Below, piece by piece: positions 54,772 to 63,327 of a stretch of DNA of 64,000 nt (its first letter is position 1; each line of letters opens with the position of its first letter). This DNA is from Pseudomonadota bacterium (GTDB taxonomy: Bacteria; Bdellovibrionota_B; Oligoflexia; Oligoflexales; CAIYRB01), in the NCBI GenBank assembly GCA_031416315.1, contig JANOTL010000159.1, forward strand, positions 1 through 64,000, given 5' to 3'. The notes under the pieces were generated by a model. The model did no database searches and was not told where the DNA came from. It saw only the letters and a list, made by a program, of their open reading frames with translations. The translations under genes and the position numbers were made by a program.

Positions 54772-56085
54772 ATGTCTTCAAGGAAGACTCTGTTCGCGTC
54801 CACCATCGTGCTCGGGGCGGCGGCCACCCTGCTCGCGGCCGGCACCCATGCAACGCCTATCAGCCCGGTCGCCGTGCTAAAGGGCGATGCGGCGAAAGCC
54901 GCAAATAACGCCTCGATACTTTATCGCAATGTGGAATCCGGCGCGACCGTCGTGCGCGCGAAAGACGCCGGCAAGTCTGATTTTCAAGACATCTATCTCG
55001 TGAATACGCACAACTTCTTCGCGCTCCCGGACGAGTTCAAGACGTACGGCGAGACGCTCGTCTTCGAGCCCGGCCACTTCGCGGTCATGCGCTTGAATCC
55101 CGACCGCGTCGCCGCCCTCTCTCATCTCATGCACCACGCCGGCCTAGCCTGCGGTGTTCTCATGAAACTCGACGGCGACGCCGAGACGCCACCCGAGAAG
55201 ATGGCCGGCACCCCGACTCCCGTCCTCCCGGTCGCTGTCCGTGACGTACGCGTCGAGGCCGCCGTCGCTAAGGTCAGCGCCGACAACATCCGCTCGACCA
55301 TCGAGTTTATGGTCGGAATGGGAACGCGTCGCCACGACTCCTCGCAAGGTGCCCTCGTCGCCAACGCGCTTGGCGATAAGTACCGCGCGCTCGCCGTCGG
55401 CCGCGACGACGTCACGATCTCCGCGTACGATCACGGCAGCGAGACGCCGCAGGACAGCCTCGTCGTCCGCATCGAAGGCACCTCGCGCGACTCCGAGGTC
55501 ATCGTCCTCGGCAGCCACCTCGACAGCATCGCTTGGTTCGGCGGCACCGCTCCCGGCGCCGACGACAACGCCAGCGGCACCGCGACCAACCTCGAGATCT
55601 TCCGCGTGCTGATGGCGGAGGGCGTGCGCCCCGCTCGGACCATCGAGATCCACGCGTACGCGGCCGAGGAGGTCGGCCTCGTCGGCAGCGCCGACATGGC
55701 CTCGCGCTACAAAGAAGCGGGAATCAACGTCGTCGCGATGCTCCAGCACGACATGACCCTATGGAAGGCGGCCGGTACTGAAGACAAGATCTGGTTCGTC
55801 ACCAACAACACCGACTCCGGCTTCAACGATCTCCTCGCCACCCTCACCGACGGCTACGTCGGCATGAGCTGGGGCCGCGCCTCGCTGTCCGGCGGCTCGA
55901 GCGATCACGCCTCGTGGCGTCGCGAAGGCTTCGCCACGGCCTTCCCCTTCGAGAACCCGACCTCCTACAACCGCAACATCCACACCGCCGGCGACACCAT
56001 CGCCAACTCCAACGCCTTCACGCAAGCCGCAGGCTTCGCGAAGCTCGGCCTCGCGTACGCGCTGCACTTTGGCGGCATCGAGTAA
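54772..56085 (+). CDS. Secreted M28 leucyl aminopeptidase
   Basis: SHLDS, GADDNASG, AEEVG, QHDMT, SDHAS and IHT motifs; signal peptide and prodomain. Confidence 0.9.
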   Translation: MSSRKTLFASTIVLGAAATLLAAGTHATPISPVAVLKGDAAKAANNASILYRNVESGATVVRAKDAGKSDFQDIYLVNTHNFFALPDEFKTYGETLVFEPGHFAVMRLNPDRVAALSHLMHHAGLACGVLMKLDGDAETPPEKMAGTPTPVLPVAVRDVRVEAAVAKVSADNIRSTIEFMVGMGTRRHDSSQGALVANALGDKYRALAVGRDDVTISAYDHGSETPQDSLVVRIEGTSRDSEVIVLGSHLDSIAWFGGTAPGADDNASGTATNLEIFRVLMAEGVRPARTIEIHAYAAEEVGLVGSADMASRYKEAGINVVAMLQHDMTLWKAAGTEDKIWFVTNNTDSGFNDLLATLTDGYVGMSWGRASLSGGSSDHASWRREGFATAFPFENPTSYNRNIHTAGDTIANSNAFTQAAGFAKLGLAYALHFGGIE

Positions 56086-56110
56086 CCGCTGCGCCCGAGA
56101 AATTGGTGAG

Positions 56111-56140
56111 GTGGGCAGCGCCGGCTGCCCACTTTTTTTT
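56111..56140 (+). terminator. Rho-independent terminator
   Basis: GTGGGCAGC-GCCG-GCTGCCCAC followed by T8. Confidence 0.85.
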
Positions 56141-56159
56141 ATGCGGCGGGTCGGGACGA

Positions 56160-57671
56160 TCAGCGCGCGACGCAGCAGACCGAGCCCTGCTTCACTTCTT
56201 CGAACGAAAATAGATAATCCAGACCGTTGATGTTGCACATCTCGGCGATCTCGGCCGCGATGCGCGGATCGTCCCGATTCGGCGCGGCTAGGCGCGGAAG
56301 CGCGCGCCCGGCATCGACGGCAGCTTGGCCGCAGGACGGAGAGCACGTGATTTGACCGCCCAGGTGACGGTTGGGAACGGAAGCATAGTTCGGGGCCGGA
56401 CACGGGTCGACCGGCGGCGGCACCGCGGCCGGCTTGAGCACGCAACAGACGTTTCCTTGAACGACTTCTTCCCACGAAAAGAGGTAGTCGAGTCCATTGA
56501 TGTTGCACATCTCGCCGACTTCGGCCGCGATGCGAGGCTCCGCGCGATTCGGCAAGGCCAAACGCGGCTGGGCGCGACCCGCGTCGACGGCCGCCTGCCC
56601 GCATGAAGGCACGCATTGGGGCGCCCCTCCCTTGTGCCTGTTCGGAACGTAAGCGTAGTTCGGCAGGTCGCAGCCCGCCGGGGCCGGTGGCGCCTCGGGT
56701 TTGAGCACGCAGCAGACTTGGTCGAGCGTCACTTCCTCATAAGCGAAGAGGTAATCGAGCTTGTTCACGTTGCAATACTCCGCGACGTCGGCGGCGACTT
56801 GCGGCAAGTTGCGATCGGGAACCGCGAGACGCGGCGCGACGCGTTTCGCGTCGACGGATGCTTGCCCGCACGATGGCACGCACATCACTTTTCCGCCTTC
56901 GTGACGGTTTTTCGTGAGGGCGTAATTGACGCCGTCGCAAGCCTCGGGAGCGGCCCCGTTGGGATCCGGAGGCGAGTTCGGCGCGGTCGCCGGATCGATG
57001 ACGATCGTTCCGCCACCGATCTTCTTGAGATGGCAAACTGGTTCGGCGTTCGTCGTGCCCCCGGCGATGACGAACGTATCGGACGCCCCGGCGTACGCCA
57101 AAAACTCGTCCGAGCCCTGCTTCACGAAGATCTGCGCGTTGATCGTGTAGTCGCCGTCGCTCTCGACCTTTCCGAGCTCGAAGCGAAATTTCGCGCAATC
57201 TTCGAGCGGCATCACGACCGTTTCCGCGACGGCCGTATTCTTCCGCAGTTCGACGAAGATCGTCCCGCCCTTGATTCCCGAGCCTTTGGCCGTACAAGTG
57301 AGCTTGAGCTGCGTTGCGGCGCCCGCTTGGACCGCGCTGGCGGACGATGTCTTGAATGCCGAGGCGCTGGCCGTTTTTTGCTGGGGCGATTTGAGACCGT
57401 CGCTGGCGCTGCCATTCACGAACGGGGAGAGCGCGGCGAGGTCGATCTCCGCGCCGCTCTTCAGCTCGAGCGTCGCAAGGCTGGAGTCCTTATCCACGGG
57501 ATCGGTAGAGTTGCCGTCCGCCTCCGGATCCGAACTTTTCACGTTCTTTTTGGTGCTAGAGCCTTTGTCCTTGGCGTCCGACTCGGTCCCTCCGGTCATT
57601 TCGGCGATGTTGCAGCCCCAAAGAGCCGACGCTGCAAGCAGACCGAAAAACACCTGTCTATTGACGAACAT
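56160..57671 (-). CDS. Lipoprotein with three tandem 6-Cys repeats
   Basis: GGAGG RBS, lipobox LWGC, three C-x18-C-x3-C-x31-C-x19-CC units. Confidence 0.85.
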   Translation of the reverse strand: MFVNRQVFFGLLAASALWGCNIAEMTGGTESDAKDKGSSTKKNVKSSDPEADGNSTDPVDKDSSLATLELKSGAEIDLAALSPFVNGSASDGLKSPQQKTASASAFKTSSASAVQAGAATQLKLTCTAKGSGIKGGTIFVELRKNTAVAETVVMPLEDCAKFRFELGKVESDGDYTINAQIFVKQGSDEFLAYAGASDTFVIAGGTTNAEPVCHLKKIGGGTIVIDPATAPNSPPDPNGAAPEACDGVNYALTKNRHEGGKVMCVPSCGQASVDAKRVAPRLAVPDRNLPQVAADVAEYCNVNKLDYLFAYEEVTLDQVCCVLKPEAPPAPAGCDLPNYAYVPNRHKGGAPQCVPSCGQAAVDAGRAQPRLALPNRAEPRIAAEVGEMCNINGLDYLFSWEEVVQGNVCCVLKPAAVPPPVDPCPAPNYASVPNRHLGGQITCSPSCGQAAVDAGRALPRLAAPNRDDPRIAAEIAEMCNINGLDYLFSFEEVKQGSVCCVAR

Positions 57672-57693
57672 GGATGCACCTCCCGATCCACGC

Positions 57694-57720
57694 TGATCGG
57701 CGCACCGGTGGAAACCATGA
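57694..57720 (-). promoter_or_regulatory. Putative sigma28-type promoter
   Basis: TCATG-N14-GCCGATCA, 22 bp before the start codon. Confidence 0.5.
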
Positions 57721-57793
57721 GAGACTTTTATAATTGTCAATGCTGTCGGAAACTTATGCGCGCGACCGCGAGTTGCCTAAACAAGACTTAGTT

Positions 57794-58921
57794 CTAGTGC
57801 GTGTAATCCGGCAACGGCATGTACCCGATGACCCCCTCGTTAACGTACCCGGCCTCGGCGCATGTCGCCGGATTCGCCACCGTCAGCTGATCGTCGACGT
57901 CCGCTCGGTAACACCGAAAGAATGCCACCGCCCCCTGATGCGGCCCTGTGTTGAACCGCCCGATCGGCCCGATCTTCGTCGCCCCTTCGCACGTGTCCAC
58001 GAACTGCGAGACGAACACCGTTCCGCTCGCTCTTTGGCACGCAACCAGCGGCGCGGTCCCGGGCAACTCGTCGCGGATCAAGAAAAACGCCGGCCCCTCG
58101 TCGATCCAAGGCGGCCCCGCCCCCGGCGGCAGGTAGCCGTGCCGCCCTTCAGGCGTGCGGTACTGATGGATCGCGAGGAGCGCCCGCCCGTCCCCCGCGC
58201 GCGCCATGCCGCCCGCGATCCGGTCCGCGATCGCGATCCCGAACTTCGCGAAGCAGAACGCCGGAAACGTCGCCGTCGCCAGGCACAAGCCGAGGTCGAC
58301 CCCGTCCTTCAGCACCGGGATCCGCTTGAAGATCGGCAGCTCGAACACCTTCGCCAGGAGTCCGCCGCCGAGCTTGATGTGGAGCACGTCCTGCGCAATC
58401 GTCTCGACCGGCGCGGTGACGAACTGCACCACTTTACGGACGAAATCGCCGAAGCCCAAATTGAGCCCCGCGCGCGCGGGATCGTCCTTGAAGCTCGCGC
58501 CGGCACGCAGCTGCCCATCCGGCCCCTTGAGCTCCCAGCTGACGGGGATCTCGGCATCCACTGGGATCGGCTGTCCGTCGGTGCGCACCATCTCGCAGCG
58601 AATGGTGACGATCTTGTCCGCCTCCATCCCGTCCCAGGTGCACGCCACGTCGACCAAGGCCGCCCAATCCGGTGGCGCCAGGTCCGTCGTCGTATCTCCC
58701 GCAGACGTCGAAGCCTTCACCTTCGACGGCTCCTCCACGACGGCGTCGCTCGGCCCGGCGGGCGCCGTCGCGACCGGCGTCTCGACGATCGTGTCCTTGT
58801 CCCGGGAGCCCGAGCTGCCGCCCGTCGTTTTCTTCGCGCTCGATCCCGACAAATCCGACTCGCTGCTGCAAGCGAGCGAAGTCAAAAAGAGCGCCATAGC
58901 CCCGGCTTTGATAAAGATCAT
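57794..58921 (-). CDS. Lipoprotein with central amphipathic segment and DUF5648-like C-terminal module
   Basis: Lipobox SLAC; C-terminal FFRCY...DQL...GYVNEGVIGY repeat-type motif. Confidence 0.7.
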   Translation of the reverse strand: MIFIKAGAMALFLTSLACSSESDLSGSSAKKTTGGSSGSRDKDTIVETPVATAPAGPSDAVVEEPSKVKASTSAGDTTTDLAPPDWAALVDVACTWDGMEADKIVTIRCEMVRTDGQPIPVDAEIPVSWELKGPDGQLRAGASFKDDPARAGLNLGFGDFVRKVVQFVTAPVETIAQDVLHIKLGGGLLAKVFELPIFKRIPVLKDGVDLGLCLATATFPAFCFAKFGIAIADRIAGGMARAGDGRALLAIHQYRTPEGRHGYLPPGAGPPWIDEGPAFFLIRDELPGTAPLVACQRASGTVFVSQFVDTCEGATKIGPIGRFNTGPHQGAVAFFRCYRADVDDQLTVANPATCAEAGYVNEGVIGYMPLPDYTH

Positions 58922-58956
58922 GCGCGACTCCCGCAAAGATCTGGATTCTCTCGCCA

Positions 58957-58983
58957 GTTTCGGCTCTCTCAGGGAAAACTTTA
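58957..58983 (-). promoter_or_regulatory. Putative sigma28-type promoter
   Basis: TAAAG-N14-GCCGAAAC, 35 bp before the start codon. Confidence 0.6.
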
Positions 58984-59054
58984 TCTCCCCTTCAAATTCC
59001 TCTTTTAGCGTTGAGTTGAGCCCTCCTTAAAAGACCCCCACAGCCGAGGTCTGC

Positions 59055-59915
59055 ATGCTCTCGACGATGATCCGCGAGAACCTCCTCACGCGCCTGCCCG
59101 ACGTCATGCGCCAGCCGCGCCCGATGGTTCGGCCCAAAGCCTTCCCGCGCAAGGTGAAGCTCGACTTCGCCGTGCGCGGCTACCGGGTCAAGACGATCGA
59201 GACCCACGCCGAGCTGAAGCAGGTCCTGAGCCTCCGTCGCAACGTGTTCCACCACGAGTTCGCCGGCAAGTGGTTCAGCTTCCGCAGCGACCGCGACGAG
59301 TACGACGACCTAGCCGACCACCTCGCGATCTTCGATGCCAAGACCGGCCGCCTCGCCGGCGCCTACCGGATGATCCCCTCGCACGCCAGCGACCGATTCT
59401 ACTCTGCCACCGAGTTCGACATCTCGCGCATCCTCGCGCTCCCCGGCCGCAAGATCGAGCTGAGCCGCGCCTGCATCCACAAGGACTACCGCAACGGCAT
59501 CGTCATCGCGCTCCTCTGGAAGGGTATCGCCGAATACGCCAAGGCCGCCGGCACCGACTACCTCTTCGGCCTCTCGAGCATCAACACCATCGATCCGGCG
59601 CAAATCGCCGCGATCTGCCGCTACTTCGAGAAGAACGATCTCGTCGACCGCAGCCTCGACGTCGCCCCGCGCGGCAAGTACGCCATCGACGGCTTCGCCG
59701 ATCATCTCGAGAAGGCTTACGGCAGCGAGAGCGGCTTGGGCGGCATCGACGCCGTCCAGCTCGTGCCGTCCCTCTTCAAGACCTACATCAAGGCAGGGGC
59801 GAAGGTATGTTGGCAACCGGTGATCGATCGCGATTTCCGCTGCGCGGACTGGCTGACGGTGCTCGACATGAAGAAGCTCGCGCCCGCCTTCGGTCGCAAG
59901 TTCATGCAGGACTGA
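59055..59915 (+). CDS. olsB: GNAT N-acyltransferase, ornithine lipid OlsB-like
   Basis: LR..VF..E, DRDEYD...DHL, GAYR, FYSATEFD, ELSRACIH.DYR, P.L.K.Y...GA, P.ID.DF. Confidence 0.8.
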   Translation: MLSTMIRENLLTRLPDVMRQPRPMVRPKAFPRKVKLDFAVRGYRVKTIETHAELKQVLSLRRNVFHHEFAGKWFSFRSDRDEYDDLADHLAIFDAKTGRLAGAYRMIPSHASDRFYSATEFDISRILALPGRKIELSRACIHKDYRNGIVIALLWKGIAEYAKAAGTDYLFGLSSINTIDPAQIAAICRYFEKNDLVDRSLDVAPRGKYAIDGFADHLEKAYGSESGLGGIDAVQLVPSLFKTYIKAGAKVCWQPVIDRDFRCADWLTVLDMKKLAPAFGRKFMQD

Positions 59916-59938
59916 GGACCGCGCGTCGCGGGGCGAAG

Positions 59939-60655
59939 ATGGCGCTCGCCTCCCTCTTCTTCCTCGCAGCGGGCCTCGCTCTCTCATTCATCCCCGGCGC
60001 GCGCATAGGGCGCAGGTTCAGGCGCGCGCAGCTCTGCCAGCGCTATTGCCAGCTCCTGGTCTGGGCGCTCGAGCTGCGGGTCGAGGCCGACAATCCGACC
60101 GCGGTCCGCTTCGACGGCCGGGGCGGCAAGCTTCTCGTCGCCAACCACATCTCCTATCTCGACGTCGTTCTCATTGGCGCGCAGGCGCCGACCGTCTTCG
60201 TCACGTCACGGGAGATCGAGGAGACGCCGATACTCGGCCTGTTTTGCCGGGCGGCCGGCTGCGCATTCGTCGAGCGCCGCCGGAAAACCGCCGTCGTGCA
60301 AGACCTAGCGGCGATCACCGAGCTCCTGGCCGGGGGCCTCGACGTCATGTTCTTCCCCGAGGGCTCGACCTCGGACGGCGGCGCCTTTTTGGACTTCAAG
60401 AGCACTCTGCTAGAATCAGCCTTACGCACTCGCAGCAAGGTCATCGCGCTTTGCCTGCGTTATTCCGACGTCGAGCGCGTGGCCTGGTACGGTGACATGA
60501 CCTTTTTCCCGCATTTCCTCGGTCTCATCCGCAGTCCGGCGGTGACGGCCTCGCTCACGGTGCTCGGAGAGATGCCGCTGCGTGTCCACCGCTCCCGAAA
60601 AAAGCTCATGGACGACGTCCGAAACCGCATTGCGGCGGCTTACTTCGCTGTCTGA
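59939..60655 (+). CDS. Lysophospholipid/lyso-ornithine lipid acyltransferase (OlsA/PlsC-like)
   Basis: NHISYLD and FFPEGST motifs; directly downstream of the olsB-like gene. Confidence 0.85.
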   Translation: MALASLFFLAAGLALSFIPGARIGRRFRRAQLCQRYCQLLVWALELRVEADNPTAVRFDGRGGKLLVANHISYLDVVLIGAQAPTVFVTSREIEETPILGLFCRAAGCAFVERRRKTAVVQDLAAITELLAGGLDVMFFPEGSTSDGGAFLDFKSTLLESALRTRSKVIALCLRYSDVERVAWYGDMTFFPHFLGLIRSPAVTASLTVLGEMPLRVHRSRKKLMDDVRNRIAAAYFAV

Positions 60656-61733
60656 CAAGCGCGATCTGGTCCTCCGCCACCGCTTACCCGAGATGATCGA
60701 GCTTGAGGAGCTGCGCCTCTTGGCCCGCGGCATAGCCGAAATGCGCCTCGAGGCCGAGGTCACGACGGCCGGCTACACGCTCCCGATCTACTCCTTCGTC
60801 TTCGGCCCGAAGGACCGGAACGTGCCGACGCTCGCGCTGATCGGCGGCGTCCACGGCCTCGAGCGCATCGGCGCCAGCGTCGTCCTCTGCTACATGCGCA
60901 CCCTGATCGAGCTCTTGCACTGGGACAAGGGCATCCAACACCTCCTGCAAAACTGCCGCATCGTCTTCATGCCGATGGTGAACCCCGCGGGCGTCTTCCA
61001 GCGCTCGCGCTCGAATCCGAACGGCGTCGACCTCATGCGCAACGCGCCGATCGACGCCGAGATGAAGCCGAACGTCCGCCTCGTCTGCGGTCACCGCATC
61101 TCGCCCAAGCTGCCGTGGTACCGAGGCGCCGCCGGCGAGCCGATGGAGAAGGAGTCGACCGCGCTCGTCGAGCTCGTGAAACGCGAGGTCTTCCCGTCCC
61201 GATTCTCGATCGCCCTCGATCTGCACTCCGGCTTCGGCTTGATGGATCGGCTCTGGTTTCCCTTTGCCTACACGCACCGCCCGTTCGACCGCATCGCCGA
61301 GATGCACGCCCTGAAAACGCGCTTGGGGCGCTCCCTGCCCAACCATCCCTACCTCATGGAGCCGCAGTCGAAGACTTATGTCACGCACGGCGATCTTTGG
61401 GATCATCTCTGGCTCGAGCATCAGCGCAGCGAGCACGCGCCACGCGCCACGTTCCTGCCGCTCACGCTGGAGATGGGCTCGTGGATCTGGGTGAAGAAGA
61501 ATCCGCGACAAGCGTTCTCGGCCCTCGGCATCTTCAATCCGCTCCTCCCTCACCGCATCCAGCGCACGCTGCGTCGTCACCTCGGGCTCCTCGACTTTTT
61601 GGTGCGAGCCGTCGCTTCCTACGATAACTGGGCCTTGCCGTCCCACCTCGCCAAGGGTGGCAGCGACGCGCGCGCCATGGCCCTCTGGTATCCGCAACAT
61701 CCGGGAATCAGAAGAATTTTGCCGCGTCCCTAA
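60582..61733 (+). CDS. M14 zinc carboxypeptidase family protein
   Basis: GVHGLE, NP.G, NGVDLMRN, DLHSG and LTLEMG motifs. True start probably about 60648-60693. Confidence 0.85.
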   Translation: MSTAPEKSSWTTSETALRRLTSLSDKRDLVLRHRLPEMIELEELRLLARGIAEMRLEAEVTTAGYTLPIYSFVFGPKDRNVPTLALIGGVHGLERIGASVVLCYMRTLIELLHWDKGIQHLLQNCRIVFMPMVNPAGVFQRSRSNPNGVDLMRNAPIDAEMKPNVRLVCGHRISPKLPWYRGAAGEPMEKESTALVELVKREVFPSRFSIALDLHSGFGLMDRLWFPFAYTHRPFDRIAEMHALKTRLGRSLPNHPYLMEPQSKTYVTHGDLWDHLWLEHQRSEHAPRATFLPLTLEMGSWIWVKKNPRQAFSALGIFNPLLPHRIQRTLRRHLGLLDFLVRAVASYDNWALPSHLAKGGSDARAMALWYPQHPGIRRILPRP

Positions 61734-61812
61734 GGCGCCCCCTCAAGCGGACTGACCCCTCGACCGAAGCGGGGGGGGAAATCATTCCGGCAAGGATGAG
61801 CTGGGGGACCCA

Positions 61813-63252
61813 ATGCGTCATATCAGTCAGATCGCGAAACTTTCGGCGGCCGTCGCCACCGTCTTGTCACTGTCGAGCTGCTTCGGCCCGTTCAAGAAGA
61901 GCGAGACCAAGAGCAGCAGCAGCAGCGCGAAGAAGTCCACCAACTCCGGCTCCGGCTCCGGCTCAGGCTCCAGCTCTGGCTCCGGCTCGACCGCCACTGC
62001 CGCGGCGCCCGCAGCTCCGGCCGCGCCTGCTGCGCCGGCTGCGCCGGCCGTCCCCGCGGTTCCCGGCGTCAAAGAAGGCCACGGCTGCCTCCAAGGCGTC
62101 GTCACCGACGGCTTCACTGGCGCCCGGATCGACCTGAAGGGCAAGGAAGAGCAGATGTTCGTCTTGATCCACGGCCGCAAGCTGAAAGCCGTCTTCTACG
62201 ATGACCCGATGCTCGTCGGCGAATACTACGTCTGCGAGATCCCGGTCGAGGAGACCTATCCGGTCTTCGGTTACATCGACGGCTACCTGCCGTTCGAGTC
62301 GACGGTGAACATCAAGGAAGCCCGCGCGGTCTACGCCGGCGCCGACCAAGCGATCACCTCCGAGGTCTTGATCCGCGACCCGATCGCCCTCGCGAACATC
62401 CGCCTCTTCCCGGTCGGCAACACGGCCGACCAGTCGCTCACCGTGCACGTCTCCGCTTACGGCAGCCCGGTCAAAGGCGCTCGCGTCAGCCTCGAGCCGC
62501 AAGCGGCGGTCGGTTTCTTCGCCTTCGAAGGCGCCTTCGCCAGCACCGTCGGCACGCGCCTTCTGCCTTCGCTCGTGACCACCAACGACGACGGCGACGC
62601 CGTCTTCCCCGCGGCGAGCCTCTCGCTCGGCACTCGGTACGCCATCCAGGTCACTCCGTCCGGCAGCTCGGCTCTGACTACAGGCAGTCGCGCGGTTTTC
62701 ACCCTCGGCATCGACAAAGCCGCCCCGGGCGCCGAGTCCGAGGACAAGAACCGCTGGGAGATCAACATCGACCTCGATGAAGTGAACCAGCCGCTTCGCA
62801 TCATCTCCTGCTCGACCGGCTTCCAGAACTACGAGGCCGGCGGCACCTTGAAGATCCTTTTCAACCGCGCCATCGCGATCAAGAACCTCGACGAGTACAA
62901 CGCGACCTGGAGCATCACGAACGCCGGTACTGCGGTCACTCCGCCCGCCAAGACCGACAACGACAACGTCTCCGAGCTCGTCGCGGCCTCCCTCGACGGC
63001 GAGAACACGCTCGTCCTGAAGCCGAAGTTCGCCAATGACAACCAGAAGCCGACGGCCTTGAATCCGGCCAAGGACATCAACGACACCGCGAACGCCTCGC
63101 GGAACGACAGCATCGCTTACGACTTCCCGAGCATCAGGGTCACCAGCCTCGCCGACTCGGCTAACCAAGCCACCGTCGCCCTCGACACCTTGGTCGCTGC
63201 GGCTGCCGTCGCCTGTCCGAGCACCGTGCGCTTCTTCCCGAACAACCTGTAG
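61813..63252 (+). CDS. Lipoprotein with Ser/Gly and Ala-Pro linker and tandem beta-sandwich domains
   Basis: Lipobox LSSC, (SG)n and (APA)n tracts, GVVTDGFTG and G.PV.GA.V strand motifs. Confidence 0.8.
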   Translation: MRHISQIAKLSAAVATVLSLSSCFGPFKKSETKSSSSSAKKSTNSGSGSGSGSSSGSGSTATAAAPAAPAAPAAPAAPAVPAVPGVKEGHGCLQGVVTDGFTGARIDLKGKEEQMFVLIHGRKLKAVFYDDPMLVGEYYVCEIPVEETYPVFGYIDGYLPFESTVNIKEARAVYAGADQAITSEVLIRDPIALANIRLFPVGNTADQSLTVHVSAYGSPVKGARVSLEPQAAVGFFAFEGAFASTVGTRLLPSLVTTNDDGDAVFPAASLSLGTRYAIQVTPSGSSALTTGSRAVFTLGIDKAAPGAESEDKNRWEINIDLDEVNQPLRIISCSTGFQNYEAGGTLKILFNRAIAIKNLDEYNATWSITNAGTAVTPPAKTDNDNVSELVAASLDGENTLVLKPKFANDNQKPTALNPAKDINDTANASRNDSIAYDFPSIRVTSLADSANQATVALDTLVAAAAVACPSTVRFFPNNL

Positions 63253-63269
63253 TCACGCCCCAGACGCCG

Positions 63270-63305
63270 AAGCCCGCACTCGCGAGAGTGCGGGCTTTTC
63301 ATTTT
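63270..63305 (+). terminator. Rho-independent terminator
   Basis: AAGCCCGCACTC-GCGA-GAGTGCGGGCTT followed by TTCATTTT. Confidence 0.8.
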
Positions 63306-63327
63306 CGCGGACCGCGCCATGCAAGAC

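Noticed and set aside
56160..56945. CRISPR array or DNA-level tandem repeat
   Set aside because: The repeats are in-frame protein domains of about 270 nt with synonymous divergence; there are no spacers or cas genes.
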